A DNA stretch of 64,000 nt from Acidobacteriota bacterium (GCA_965263035.1 OZ253580.1:3136001-3200000); one strand, 5' to 3'; shown: positions 1-9,954, counted from the first letter of the stretch. The notes: generated from the letters alone by a model not told the origin. Made by a program: numbers and translations.

Positions 1-855
1 GGGGCGACGGGAGAGTTCCGCTGCTTCGACGCCGCCAGCGGAAAAGTCCAATGGGGTCTGAACATCATCTCGGACAATGGGGCCCGGAATCTGGAATGGG
101 GCATGTCCGCCTCACCCCTGATCACGGGTGACCAGGTCATTCTCCTGCCCGGCGGTCCTTCGGACAGATCCGTGGTCGCCTATCATCGGCTCACCGGCGA
201 ATTCCTCTGGGGTTCCCTCAGCGACAAACAGGCCTACGTCGCGCCGATCCAGGCCGAGTTGGCCGGGCGGCAGCAGCTGTTGGTGGTAACGGCCGAACGA
301 GTCGTGGGACTGGACCCGGAAGGCGGGGACCTGCTCTGGGAGTACCCATGGGTTACGTCCTACGACGTCAATTCCGTGGAACCTCTGCTGCTGGGAAACG
401 ATCGGTTCTTCATCTCCTCCGGTTACGGCCACGGCGCAGCGGTGGTGGAGATCGGACGGGGCGAGGGCGGTTACACCGTAAGGACCGTCTGGAAGAACAA
501 GGAGATGAAGAACAAGTTCAACGGCTCGGTCCTTCACGAGGGCCACGTCTACGGGCTGGATGACGGCATCCTGGCCTGCGTCGACGTCGCCACGGGAGAG
601 AGGAAGTGGAAGGGGGGCCGCTATGGTTACGGCCAGATCCTTCTGGCCTCGGGCCACCTGGTGGTGCTGACCGAGCGGGGCGACCTGGTTCTGGTCGAGG
701 CCAATGCAGAGGAACATCGCGAGCGGGCGCGATTTTCGGCGTTGACCGGGAAGACCTGGAACTATCCGATCATCGTCGGGGGCCGGCTCCTGGTGAGGAA
801 CACCACCCAGATGGCCTGCTTCGACGTCAGCCCGATGCCGATCGACCCCTCATAG
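1..855 (+). CDS. PQQ-like beta-propeller repeat protein (5'-truncated by window edge)
   Basis: Frame is open from base 1 (GATGEFRCFDAASGKVQW...); repeated A.D..TG...W propeller motifs. Confidence 0.85.
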   Translation, partial: GATGEFRCFDAASGKVQWGLNIISDNGARNLEWGMSASPLITGDQVILLPGGPSDRSVVAYHRLTGEFLWGSLSDKQAYVAPIQAELAGRQQLLVVTAERVVGLDPEGGDLLWEYPWVTSYDVNSVEPLLLGNDRFFISSGYGHGAAVVEIGRGEGGYTVRTVWKNKEMKNKFNGSVLHEGHVYGLDDGILACVDVATGERKWKGGRYGYGQILLASGHLVVLTERGDLVLVEANAEEHRERARFSALTGKTWNYPIIVGGRLLVRNTTQMACFDVSPMPIDPS

Positions 856-2226
856 CACCCACGGTTTTCGATACTCCCGGCGCACGAGCCCGTTGGCCTC
901 TTCGTCTCCCAGCACCCGTTCCTTCTCTGCATCCCACCGGATCCGTCGTCCCAGCCGGAGGGCGATGTTACCGAGATGGGGAGTCGAGGTGGTACGGTGG
1001 CCGATCTCCACGTCCGAGTTGGGCTTCTTTCGGCTTCGCACGCAATCCAGGAAGTTCAGGACGTGGGTGAAATGCTGGTCGGAGCCGGGAGCCGTCACGA
1101 ATCTGGATCGTCCCTCTCCGGAACTCCACTCTCGCCTGCGGCGATCGGGCGTTTTCTGATCCAGCATCCTCAGGTAGCGAGGCCGTGGCGCAACTGGAGT
1201 CCCCCCGGTTTCGGGCCGGATCTCGAAGCCGCCGCGGTGCAGATAGAGGGTCCCGTCGGTGCCGAAGAACTCGATGCCGTAGCCTCGTCCCGCGGGACCA
1301 TGGGCGTTTCCGACGCGGTGGGAGAAGGAGGCGATGAATCCGGGATACTCGTAGAGGACCTCCAGCGTGTCGGGGGTCTCCCGGTTGTCATCGATGCAGA
1401 AATTGCCCCCCACGGCGCTCGCGGCCACGGGAGCGTCGACCTGCATGGCCCACTGGACGATGTCCAGGTGATGGGTGCCCCAGTCGGTGAGCATTCCTCC
1501 CGAATAGTCCCAGAACCACCGGAAAGTGTGGATGAAGCGGTTGCCGTTGAAGGGGGCCTTGGGCGCCGGACCCAGCCAGAAATCCCAGTCCAGACCCGGC
1601 GGAGGTGCCGTGTCCTGGGGCCGGCCCATCCCGGCCGGAGTCTCGTTGCCGAAATTCCAGGTGTTGACTCGACTCACCTTGCCGATGGCCCCGTCCTGGA
1701 CCAGCTTCACCGCTTCCTGGAAGTGCACTCCTGAACGCTGCTGCGTCCCCATCTGGACGATGCGTCCGTTGCGGCGAGCCGCCTCCACCATTTTCCGTCC
1801 TTCATGGATGGTCAGGGAAAGGGGCTTCTCCACGTAGACGTCCTTCCCGGCATCGCAGGCCATGACGGTGGGAAGGGCATGCCAGTGATCGGGCGTGGAG
1901 ACGACGACCACGTCCACCTCCTCCAGATCCAGAACCTGGCGGAAGTCCTTGTAGCCGGCCGCCCTGCCGCCCTCCTGGTCGTCGGTCATCTGCAGACTCA
2001 GGTCCCGGTTGTGGTCCCACACGTCGCAGACGGCCGCCACCCGGACCTGCTCCGACCTGAGGAAATCCCTGAGGTTGCTGCGGCCCATGCCCCCAGTCCC
2101 GATGGAGGCGCAGATCACCCGGTCGTTGGCCCCGAGAGGACCTCCCTTGCTGGTCTGGAGGGCGGGAGCACCCGCGGCCGCCGCTGCTGCTGCCGATACC
2201 ACGAAATTCCGTCTGGTAAGTTTCAT
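850..2226 (-). CDS. Gfo/Idh/MocA family oxidoreductase, Tat signal
   Basis: TRRNFV twin-Arg; IGTGGMG Rossmann motif; TPDHWH, EKP, DWGTHHLD motifs. Confidence 0.92.
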   Translation of the reverse strand: MKLTRRNFVVSAAAAAAAGAPALQTSKGGPLGANDRVICASIGTGGMGRSNLRDFLRSEQVRVAAVCDVWDHNRDLSLQMTDDQEGGRAAGYKDFRQVLDLEEVDVVVVSTPDHWHALPTVMACDAGKDVYVEKPLSLTIHEGRKMVEAARRNGRIVQMGTQQRSGVHFQEAVKLVQDGAIGKVSRVNTWNFGNETPAGMGRPQDTAPPPGLDWDFWLGPAPKAPFNGNRFIHTFRWFWDYSGGMLTDWGTHHLDIVQWAMQVDAPVAASAVGGNFCIDDNRETPDTLEVLYEYPGFIASFSHRVGNAHGPAGRGYGIEFFGTDGTLYLHRGGFEIRPETGGTPVAPRPRYLRMLDQKTPDRRRREWSSGEGRSRFVTAPGSDQHFTHVLNFLDCVRSRKKPNSDVEIGHRTTSTPHLGNIALRLGRRIRWDAEKERVLGDEEANGLVRREYRKPWVL

Positions 2227-2337
2227 TGGACACGACTCCTGGGCTGGATTTCGCTATGGTCCGCTACGATTCCTACAACTCTAATGTATAATTCCGGGAG
2301 CGAATAGAGCAGGGCTCTCCGAATCGAGGCTGAAACT

Positions 2338-2844
2338 ATGAATTGGGACACCTTCCGCCGCCTTCCCGACGATGCCCGAATCTGGATCAGTGGTTTCGAT
2401 CGCACCCTGGATCCGGCCGAGCAGGAAACGGTCCAAACAGGAATGGAGCGTTTCTCAGCCGGCTGGGCTTCGCACCAGGTGCCGGTCGAGTCCGCTTTCG
2501 AGATCGTTCACGATCGCTTTCTGGTGATCGCAGCCTGTACTCCGGGGTCCGTGTCCGGTTGCTCCATCGACGGCATGATGAGGAACATCCGAGGCGTCTA
2601 CGCGGCTGTCGGTGCCGCGCCTCCCGCCGGGAATCTTATCTACTTCCGTGATGAAAACGGCCGGATCCGGTCCATAGACCATATGGAGTTCCGTGACGTG
2701 GCCGAGTCGGGTCGGCTCAAGCCCGACACCCTGGTGTTCGATACCATGATTCAGAACCTGGGGCAGTTGAGAGCCGGCCGCTTCGAACTTCCCTACGGAG
2801 AGGCTTGGCACGCCCGGGTCTTTCCGCTTCCGGTCGCCACCTGA
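2338..2844 (+). CDS. Conserved hypothetical protein (W.SH and SGCSID motifs)
   Basis: Protein-like 168-aa ORF; TATAAT at 2287-2292 upstream; no Walker A motif. Confidence 0.75.
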   Translation: MNWDTFRRLPDDARIWISGFDRTLDPAEQETVQTGMERFSAGWASHQVPVESAFEIVHDRFLVIAACTPGSVSGCSIDGMMRNIRGVYAAVGAAPPAGNLIYFRDENGRIRSIDHMEFRDVAESGRLKPDTLVFDTMIQNLGQLRAGRFELPYGEAWHARVFPLPVAT

Positions 2845-3044
2845 TCCTGCCGGCGAAACGGAAACTCCCGTGGCGCGCGCCGGTTGCTGGTCGTCGGGAG
2901 GGATTGTCCCACAGCGAAACACGTGGCAACGTCCTTATTTCCAGAGAGGGTCCGTTAATTTCAGTTAATGGAAGTTCTCCAGAGTGTAGAGATCTCCCCT
3001 GCACGAGGGTTCAGGGATAGGCCCCTGGTCTTTGGCACAAGCTA

Positions 3045-3205
3045 GGAGCCTGCGCCGCAGAAATCGATCTACTGCGAAAGCGGTAGAATCGGTCCATATT
3101 TCCCCGATTTCTCGGCGAATAGAACAACTATGCACCTCAAAATCGAGAAAATCTGGCCTCGATTCCCCACTTTCTCGCTACGATCATTTCTACCGCGCAG
3201 ACTCC
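3045..3205. mobile_element. MITE family A, copy 1 (~161 bp)
   Basis: Terminal inverted repeats GGAGCCTGCGCCGCAGAAAT / ATTTCTACCGCGCAGACTCC, flanked by TA; near-identical copy at 25785-25945. Confidence 0.85.
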
Positions 3206-3227
3206 TAGGGCCGGGAACGGGGAACTC

Positions 3228-3623
3228 CTACGCAGCCGGCCGGCTTTTCTGTGGAGATCTCCAAACCGGATACATCTCCATCATCTCGAACTCTTCCGCT
3301 GTTCCGTTTCGGTTGTCGGTGAGTCTGTCCCCTGCGGATACCAATCCCGGTGCGCGGGCGGGGTGTCGGGCTTCACGGCATGCACCCGTTTCCACGAAGG
3401 CCTCGTAGATTTTCTCCTTCTCCTCATCGGTCCGTCGTTTTTCCTCTTGCACAAGAACAGCCAGTGACCAGCAGACGTCGTCTGTGAGCCAGACGCCATA
3501 AGTGGTCTCGTCTCTGTTCGGTTCGTTATTGAGTGCGGCTGCAGTGATGCGAAGGAGCATCTCACTGGTGCTCCCCATGTCGATTGCTGTCGTGCGGGCG
3601 GGGAACTTGCGGCATGTTTTCAC
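3228..3623 (-). CDS. Hypothetical protein (orphan)
   Basis: GTG start preceded by a strong GGAGGT Shine-Dalgarno, just downstream of the co-oriented 818-aa gene; no recognised domain. Confidence 0.45.
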   Translation of the reverse strand: MKTCRKFPARTTAIDMGSTSEMLLRITAAALNNEPNRDETTYGVWLTDDVCWSLAVLVQEEKRRTDEEKEKIYEAFVETGACREARHPARAPGLVSAGDRLTDNRNGTAEEFEMMEMYPVWRSPQKSRPAA

Positions 3624-3689
3624 GTGACGTCACCTCCCTCTCCGAAAGATTCCTCCAACTCCGGCAATAGGTCACCCCGATAAGCTACT

Positions 3690-6146
3690 TTATTCCCTTC
3701 CCAGGGCACGCCACAGGAACCCCACCGCCCGCGGAATGGCACCCCTTAGATCGAACACCTCGTGTCCTCCACCCTCGTAGATGAAGGCCTCGAACTCGGG
3801 AGGCTCGCGTCCCAAGGCCTCCATGGCACGGATCATCGAGTACGCTTGGCTGACGGCGACGGTCTCGTCGGAATCGCCATGGTGCAGCTGGACGGCCGGC
3901 AGGTCTTCGGCGAACAGGACGGAGGAGCGGCGCACCAACTCCAGGCGCACTTCAGCTAGTTCGATCTCGCCTCTCATGTAGGGCTGAACGAAGGTGGAGT
4001 CCATGTGGGCCACGCCCGTGAGCTTGCGCGGACGCCCCAGGACCGCCTCGCGCACGATTTGCCGCACCCAGTCGTCGAAGAAGTCGGTGGGACCGAAGAA
4101 GGCGACGATGTTCTCGATGCGCTCGTCGCGGATGCCGGCCAGCATGGCGACGCCCGCTCCACGACTTCCGCCGATGATGATCACACCTTCGGACTTCGCC
4201 TGCGGAGTCAGCTCCAGAGCCACGTTCAGGAGCGCCAGGGCGTCGTCCACATCGTAGTCCCAGTGACCGCCAGGGCCGGTCGAGACCCACACGCTATCGC
4301 CATACTCAAGCCGTTCGTTGCGAAAAGACGGGATTACGTAGACGAAGCTGTCTCGCAGCTCGCCCAAGAAGTGCCCGACGATATCGACGTCGCCCACGTC
4401 GACACCGCTGTCGCCGCCGTGCAGGTACATCAGGACGGGCAGCGTCCCGGGTGCCGCAGAGTCTGGCGCAAGGATCGCCCCGTAGTGGCGCACCTCCCCG
4501 ACCTGATGCGACACCACGCGCAGGGTCGCCGGGGTTTCGTCCAGGGGATACGTCTCCGTGAATTCGACGAACACGTCAACCGGAGAGATGTCGCGCGCGG
4601 CCCAGTCTGCACGAACGGCCTCGATCTCCGCGGCGGTCGGCGCGGCAAAAAAGTTGTCGAGTTCGGCCTCGAGGTCGATCGCGTAGACGTTGACACCCGT
4701 GGCAGCCACGCCTGCGGCGATCATGAGCGTCTGGATGCCGGCCGCGGAGCCCATGGTCCACTCCACCGCGACCTCGCCGTTCCAGTCCGTGGCTGCGGTC
4801 GAGGGATCCACCCGACCGTTTCCCGGCGTTGGTACGAAATCCACGGTCACCCCGGAAACAGGCAGACCTGACGTGTCGAGAACGCGAACTACAAGGGGCT
4901 TGTCGAGGGTGCGCTCAGTGAACGCGCGTTGCCCCTCGCCTGCCACAATGCGGATCGCGGCCGCCGACTCTCCGGATACCGGCTCGACCGGGACGCTATC
5001 CCGACATCCCGTCAGGGCGGTCACCGTGACCGACGCCGTGGCGGTCTGTCCGTCCGCCCCTGTTACCTTGATGAGGCAGGTCGGGGTGACGTCCGGCGAC
5101 ACCTTCCGCGAGCCCGAAGTGGGCACCACGCCGATGTCCGGGGTAATCTCCGTACTCGCCGCACTCGTGGACGACCATGTCAACGTCGTGCTCTGGCCCT
5201 GATCGATCGATGTCGGCGACGCCGGCAACGTCACCGTCGGCGGGGGTGGATGGCCACCGTCGTTCCCGCCTCCGTCCGGGACCCGAATCGTCGGCACCGC
5301 CGAGAGTGAAGAGGTCCGCTTCCCGAACCGCAGCCCGAGCGGAGCGAAGGGGGTACCGTCCTCACTTCTTAGGAACAGGAAGCCGTGAAAGTCCTCCAGG
5401 AATCCCATATCAATTCCTTCAACGGCGAACCATTCCGGGAGCGTGCGCGCCGCCTGGTGGAAATCCCCCCAGGGGACGAACAATCCGTTCAACGGATTGT
5501 TCCCCTCCTCGTCGCGCAGTCTCAACTCGATCCTGGATTCTGCATCCGGTTTGAAGAGGGCCAGTCCCGCTCCGACGGTCTCTGATTCCTCCACGAACAG
5601 AGCGAACTCCTTCCCCAATTGGGCGGGCTCGACGACGACTTCGATCCCTGATTGGGCGTGCCGGTAGGTCAACAATCCACTGACGGTGCCCGCATCGGTC
5701 TCGATCTGGATCCAACCCCGACGAATGGCTCCTGAACCGGCGCTTCTCAAGACTCGAGTGCCCAGCGCCGGAATCTCCAACGTCAAATCGGAATCGAATA
5801 GATCCCGAACGTTTTGTCCGTCCGGGTCGTAGACTTCCACCCGGATGCCGGTGGCGGCGTTCGGGTCGACGTTGCTGAGCACTAGTTGCACCGACCAGCC
5901 CCTGCCATCCACATAATCCGGGAAGTATAGAACCATCTCTTCCTGCTCCTGTCGGACAATCGAGTCGTCCGCCTGTTGGCGGACGTTCTCTGACGGGGGG
6001 CCGCCAGTTTGCGTCGGTGACAGAACGAAAAACAGCCACCCAGCAAAAAACGAACTCGAGAATGAGCTAAGAAGAGGACTGATCAGTACGGACTCCTGAT
6101 CCAGCCTGGACCGGATGGGTACGGCGTGTCCTGGGCACCTCCCCAC
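3690..6146 (-). CDS. Multidomain exported protein: N-terminal beta domain + Ig-like domains + C-terminal alpha/beta hydrolase (S9-like)
   Basis: LHGG, GGSRG nucleophile elbow, HGDSD and GGGH triad motifs; Big-1-like segment GEGQ...PLVVRV; true start uncertain (possible CTG at 6086 after AGGAG). Confidence 0.8.
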   Translation of the reverse strand: MGRCPGHAVPIRSRLDQESVLISPLLSSFSSSFFAGWLFFVLSPTQTGGPPSENVRQQADDSIVRQEQEEMVLYFPDYVDGRGWSVQLVLSNVDPNAATGIRVEVYDPDGQNVRDLFDSDLTLEIPALGTRVLRSAGSGAIRRGWIQIETDAGTVSGLLTYRHAQSGIEVVVEPAQLGKEFALFVEESETVGAGLALFKPDAESRIELRLRDEEGNNPLNGLFVPWGDFHQAARTLPEWFAVEGIDMGFLEDFHGFLFLRSEDGTPFAPLGLRFGKRTSSLSAVPTIRVPDGGGNDGGHPPPPTVTLPASPTSIDQGQSTTLTWSSTSAASTEITPDIGVVPTSGSRKVSPDVTPTCLIKVTGADGQTATASVTVTALTGCRDSVPVEPVSGESAAAIRIVAGEGQRAFTERTLDKPLVVRVLDTSGLPVSGVTVDFVPTPGNGRVDPSTAATDWNGEVAVEWTMGSAAGIQTLMIAAGVAATGVNVYAIDLEAELDNFFAAPTAAEIEAVRADWAARDISPVDVFVEFTETYPLDETPATLRVVSHQVGEVRHYGAILAPDSAAPGTLPVLMYLHGGDSGVDVGDVDIVGHFLGELRDSFVYVIPSFRNERLEYGDSVWVSTGPGGHWDYDVDDALALLNVALELTPQAKSEGVIIIGGSRGAGVAMLAGIRDERIENIVAFFGPTDFFDDWVRQIVREAVLGRPRKLTGVAHMDSTFVQPYMRGEIELAEVRLELVRRSSVLFAEDLPAVQLHHGDSDETVAVSQAYSMIRAMEALGREPPEFEAFIYEGGGHEVFDLRGAIPRAVGFLWRALGRE

Positions 6147-6797
6147 CCATCAGGCGTGCATTGGAGAATACCAACGGTCGCCCCGGGGGACCAGAACCGG
6201 CGGACAACGGCCACGAGAGAGGCGACAGGGGATTCCGACCGGTGCCGAGGGGGACTCTTTCCTGTGGTGTTCCCCGCAAAAAACCAGGGCGTCAGAGGTC
6301 TGTTTCAGACTACGGTAAAGTATCTTATCGTACTCAGTTTCGGAATCGGATCACCGCAGCAAGCCGTAGTTTCGGTGGACTCTCCTTCCCAGGAATAGCC
6401 CTGCCATCGCCCTATAGAGTAAGAAGGGGACAGTCAGCTTCTCTCTGTGCGGGCAGGGTTTGATTGTCGTTTTCCGAGAACTACCCGTACGCGGCATGGT
6501 TGCGGCCGGTTCTGACCCGAGTGCAAGCCCATCTGCTTCGCCGTTAATGCGAACCCGCTGTTGGGAAGACGCCAAGTTGGAAGTCTGCGGGACGGACTCT
6601 GCCCTGGAGCCAACTCTTGGGAGAAAACCATCGCTCACGAGTGCCCGTGGAAGGTCAAATGCCCCTGGACATCGCCGGATTTCGGCTTTCATCATCGTAT
6701 TCGAGTCGGCAGGACGGCTCTCGAATTCAAATGGCTGAGAAAACCACTGAAATGCATTTAAACAAACCGATTATCTTGTCGGTGAAATGAATTGAGG

Positions 6798-8114
6798 TTA
6801 GGGCTGACGCAGGCTGGAACCTGGGGACCTGTTGGGCTTCATCTCGATGTACGTCGAGGGATCGGTGGAGTAGCTGACGGGCTTCGGGTCGAGCAGTTCG
6901 ACCAACTTGTCCTTGATGGCAAATGCCTGAAAAAAGTTGCCTCGGGGATTATAGTGGCCGATCCAATAACGCCTGATGTACTCGTCCACAGTCAGGTTGA
7001 ACTGGGCAAAATCCCTCCGGTGCGCCTCCATCAGATCTACATAAGGCAGCCTCTTCTCTTCTAGAAAATCAAGCAGGCTCTGGTCGAAACGTTCCCCTGT
7101 TTTCAGCACCTGTGCTGCGTTCCGTTGCCCATAGGAGAGCACGAAGAGGAGTTGTTTTCCCTGAGCCGATGCAAAGTGCTCGATCTTCTCGACGATCCTC
7201 ATGGTGGCGAACAGCGCGGCTCTGGTGTAAAGCCTCTCTGCCGTTCGCTTCAGCTCTTCCGGAGTCCCGCTGCTGATCTGGAGGCCGTGTTCCCGAGCCA
7301 GATCGTCAATCACGTCGTAGCTCGGCTGGGGGGAGCTCGTTCCTGGGTCCCTTTGGGCCAGGACGATCTTCAGCACGAAGTCGTCCTTGAATCGCTCGAA
7401 CACCCAGTCGGGGTCACTGAGGTTACGAATCGATTCGGGAGTAGGACAGGGGTTTTTGAACTCGGCAAATTGCTTGGTTGCGGGATTCACAACGACATAG
7501 GGCATGGTGGAGCCGAGCACGGCCGGCCACATCCCGGTCGTATAGCCCAATCGAATGTTGCGCCAGCCATGCAGGTTTCGATAGTGATCGTCATCGTAGA
7601 TGTTGAAGATGATGTACCGGGCGGACGTACGAGTTTCCTCTCGCAGCATTCTCAGGTAGGCCTGGTAGACGGAGTACCCTCCGACTCCGAAGTTGCGCAG
7701 AGGTTCACACAGGTGGGCGGCGAGCACTTCCTGCCAGGTTTCGCCGTCACTGACCTGGTCGCAGTGAGTGAAACTGTTTCCGTAGGTGTTGATCCGGCAA
7801 GGGTTGCCGCCGTACATGATGGTTCGGCGGGCACCCGCGTACCGATAGGTCGATATCGATCCATCGACCCCGTGTTTGACCCGTCTGTCGGCAAACAGCC
7901 ACCCCAGTTGGCTGTCGTAGGATTCCCCCAGCGTTGCCCTGCCCGAGATCCAGTCCTCCACCTGCTCCCGCGGGTACAGAATACTTTTCAAGTAGGCTTG
8001 GGCCTGCCGCTCCCACGCTTCGCTTTCTCCCCCCTGGCGTGCCGTTTGCGCTGCCACCGCCAGGGTGAGCACCAGGCAAGCCAGCCCTGAAGCCACCAGG
8101 CTCGTTCTTGGCAT
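6798..8114 (-). CDS. Secreted SGNH/GDSL-like hydrolase-fold protein
   Basis: Signal peptide ending AVAA-Q; YGNSFT block I, NFGVGGY block II, GHYNPRGN block V-like. Confidence 0.7.
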   Translation of the reverse strand: MPRTSLVASGLACLVLTLAVAAQTARQGGESEAWERQAQAYLKSILYPREQVEDWISGRATLGESYDSQLGWLFADRRVKHGVDGSISTYRYAGARRTIMYGGNPCRINTYGNSFTHCDQVSDGETWQEVLAAHLCEPLRNFGVGGYSVYQAYLRMLREETRTSARYIIFNIYDDDHYRNLHGWRNIRLGYTTGMWPAVLGSTMPYVVVNPATKQFAEFKNPCPTPESIRNLSDPDWVFERFKDDFVLKIVLAQRDPGTSSPQPSYDVIDDLAREHGLQISSGTPEELKRTAERLYTRAALFATMRIVEKIEHFASAQGKQLLFVLSYGQRNAAQVLKTGERFDQSLLDFLEEKRLPYVDLMEAHRRDFAQFNLTVDEYIRRYWIGHYNPRGNFFQAFAIKDKLVELLDPKPVSYSTDPSTYIEMKPNRSPGSSLRQP

Positions 8115-8394
8115 AGTCGATCCTCCGGTCGAATCTCGTGTCGAAACGCAATCAACCCAGGTTTCTCATCACCTAAAGAGTTCTGGCTGGGCGGGTTGAA
8201 TCAGTCTTTCGCCTCGCCGTAGTCTCAGCCCTCGGAAGAGGCCTGCCGGGTTGTTCTTCAGGAGAACCCAGGCTTTGCAGCGTACACTATTCTCGTTGCG
8301 CATCCCAAAAGAACCTGGGAGAAAACGGATCTCAGTCCCTGACCTCGAAAAAGTCCACACGACTCCCTACTAGACATCCGACCTTCTTATCTGA

Positions 8395-8422
8395 ACACGA
8401 GAACGTGACTGTCCCCTTTTCG
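8395..8422 (+). repeat. 28-bp direct repeat, copy 1 (ACACGAGAACGTGACTGTCCCCTTTTCG)
   Basis: Identical to 9856-9883; the core TGACTGTCCCCTT also occurs inverted at 6424-6436. Confidence 0.9.
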
Positions 8423-8495
8423 GGGCCCTTTTCGTTTCCTGTATCTTGGGTGTTGAAGTCTCAATCTGAGGTTCGATCGAACACGGAGGGCTCCC

Positions 8496-9731
8496 ATGGC
8501 CTGGAAGAACTTTTCCCGTCGGCAATTCGCGAAACGCTTGACCATCCTTGGAGCGCTGCCACTGAGTGTCCGCCCCCTGTCGGCAGCGTCGGAAGTGGCT
8601 CCTCCGAAGCCTCCTGCTCCTCCTGAGGTCAAGTCCTACCCGGGGATCCTCAGGCACAGAGTTGTCTTTTGGGATCCTCACGGATACTCGGCCTGGCCGA
8701 CCATCTTGAAGTGCCGGGATGGAGAAATGCTGATTGCGTTCTGTGAAGCCATGCGCCGGACCGCCCGATTGACCCATGCGGATCCCTCATTCTACGGCAT
8801 GATCATTCGCTCCAGCGATCAGGGTGAAAGCTGGTCTGAGCATCCCGAAGTCATCGGCGGCTATGAGTACTACGGAATGGATGATCCGGGCATCACGCAG
8901 CTGTCGGACGGAAAGATCCTGGTCAACGCCTTCCGCCGTTCCTTTGCCCCGGCGGCCTCGGTGGATAGAAGAACAGATGTTCGCTTGGCTCGGGTGGAGC
9001 CGTATCAGTGGGCTACAGGCTACAGTGATGAAATGACCTATGTTTTCCACTCGTTGGACAATGCTCGCAGCTGGTTGGAGCCGGTCCACGTGGACGTTTC
9101 CCCCTTCAAAGCAGGGTGTCAACTCCGGGCGATCATCGAACTGCCGGATGGAACTCTGCTTCTGCCTTGCTATGAGGAGTTCCATGGGCCATCGACTTCG
9201 GAGTCGGCGATGACCTGGACGGCCTATGTCCTTCGATCTCGTGATCGGGGGAGGAGTTGGGGTGAGCCGTCCGTGATTGGGGAACACGGGGTTCACGGCA
9301 TAGGCTACAACGAGCCGGCTCTGATTCACCTGCCCAGCGGTCGGACGATCGCTCTTCTCAGGACCTGGCCGGCCGGATGGCTGTACCAGAGCGATTCGCA
9401 CGATCTGGGGCAAACCTGGAGCACACCGGCCAAGACCCCGATGTGGGGGTATCCGGCCCATCTCCGGCAGCTTCAGGATGGGAGACTTTTGGCCACCTAC
9501 GGCCACCGGCGAGAGCCTTTTGGGATCCGGGCCTGCCTGAGCTCAGATGAGGGTAGAAGCTGGAATATCGAGAGTGAGATTGTACTCCGGGATGATCTCA
9601 AGAACAGAGATCTGGGATATCCGACCACCACACAGTTGGATGACGGCACCCTGCTGACCGCCTACTACGGAAGGGACGAGAACAACGACGTGACCTGCAT
9701 TCAGATCACATCTTGGAAAATAGCCTCTTGA
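8496..9731 (+). CDS. Sialidase/BNR-repeat beta-propeller protein, Tat signal
   Basis: SRRQF twin-Arg; Asp-boxes SSDQGESW, SLDNARSW, SRDRGRSW, SHDLGQTW, SSDEGRSW; GGAGG SD. Confidence 0.88.
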   Translation: MAWKNFSRRQFAKRLTILGALPLSVRPLSAASEVAPPKPPAPPEVKSYPGILRHRVVFWDPHGYSAWPTILKCRDGEMLIAFCEAMRRTARLTHADPSFYGMIIRSSDQGESWSEHPEVIGGYEYYGMDDPGITQLSDGKILVNAFRRSFAPAASVDRRTDVRLARVEPYQWATGYSDEMTYVFHSLDNARSWLEPVHVDVSPFKAGCQLRAIIELPDGTLLLPCYEEFHGPSTSESAMTWTAYVLRSRDRGRSWGEPSVIGEHGVHGIGYNEPALIHLPSGRTIALLRTWPAGWLYQSDSHDLGQTWSTPAKTPMWGYPAHLRQLQDGRLLATYGHRREPFGIRACLSSDEGRSWNIESEIVLRDDLKNRDLGYPTTTQLDDGTLLTAYYGRDENNDVTCIQITSWKIAS

Positions 9732-9855
9732 CGGCGAAGTTGCGGCATCTGCCATCGTGGGGGGTAGGCTGTCTGCGGTTCCCTGGGGGGCGAAGATTGG
9801 AGCGAAAGGCAGTCTAAAGCTTGAACATTGGTGCGAGCAGACAACTGTTTATGGC

Positions 9856-9883
9856 ACACGAGAACGTGACTGTCCCCTTTTCG
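9856..9883 (+). repeat. 28-bp direct repeat, copy 2
   Basis: Identical to 8395-8422. Confidence 0.9.
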
Positions 9884-9954
9884 CGTTCGCCCTCCCGAGT
9901 CTTTCCGCTTCCGGTTACCGCCTGCGCCTGCCGGCGAGCTGGCGACGCATCTCT

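Noticed and set aside
3130-3408. [15 protein letters not shown], also at 25804-26238
   Set aside because: It originates inside MITE A and is not a transposase
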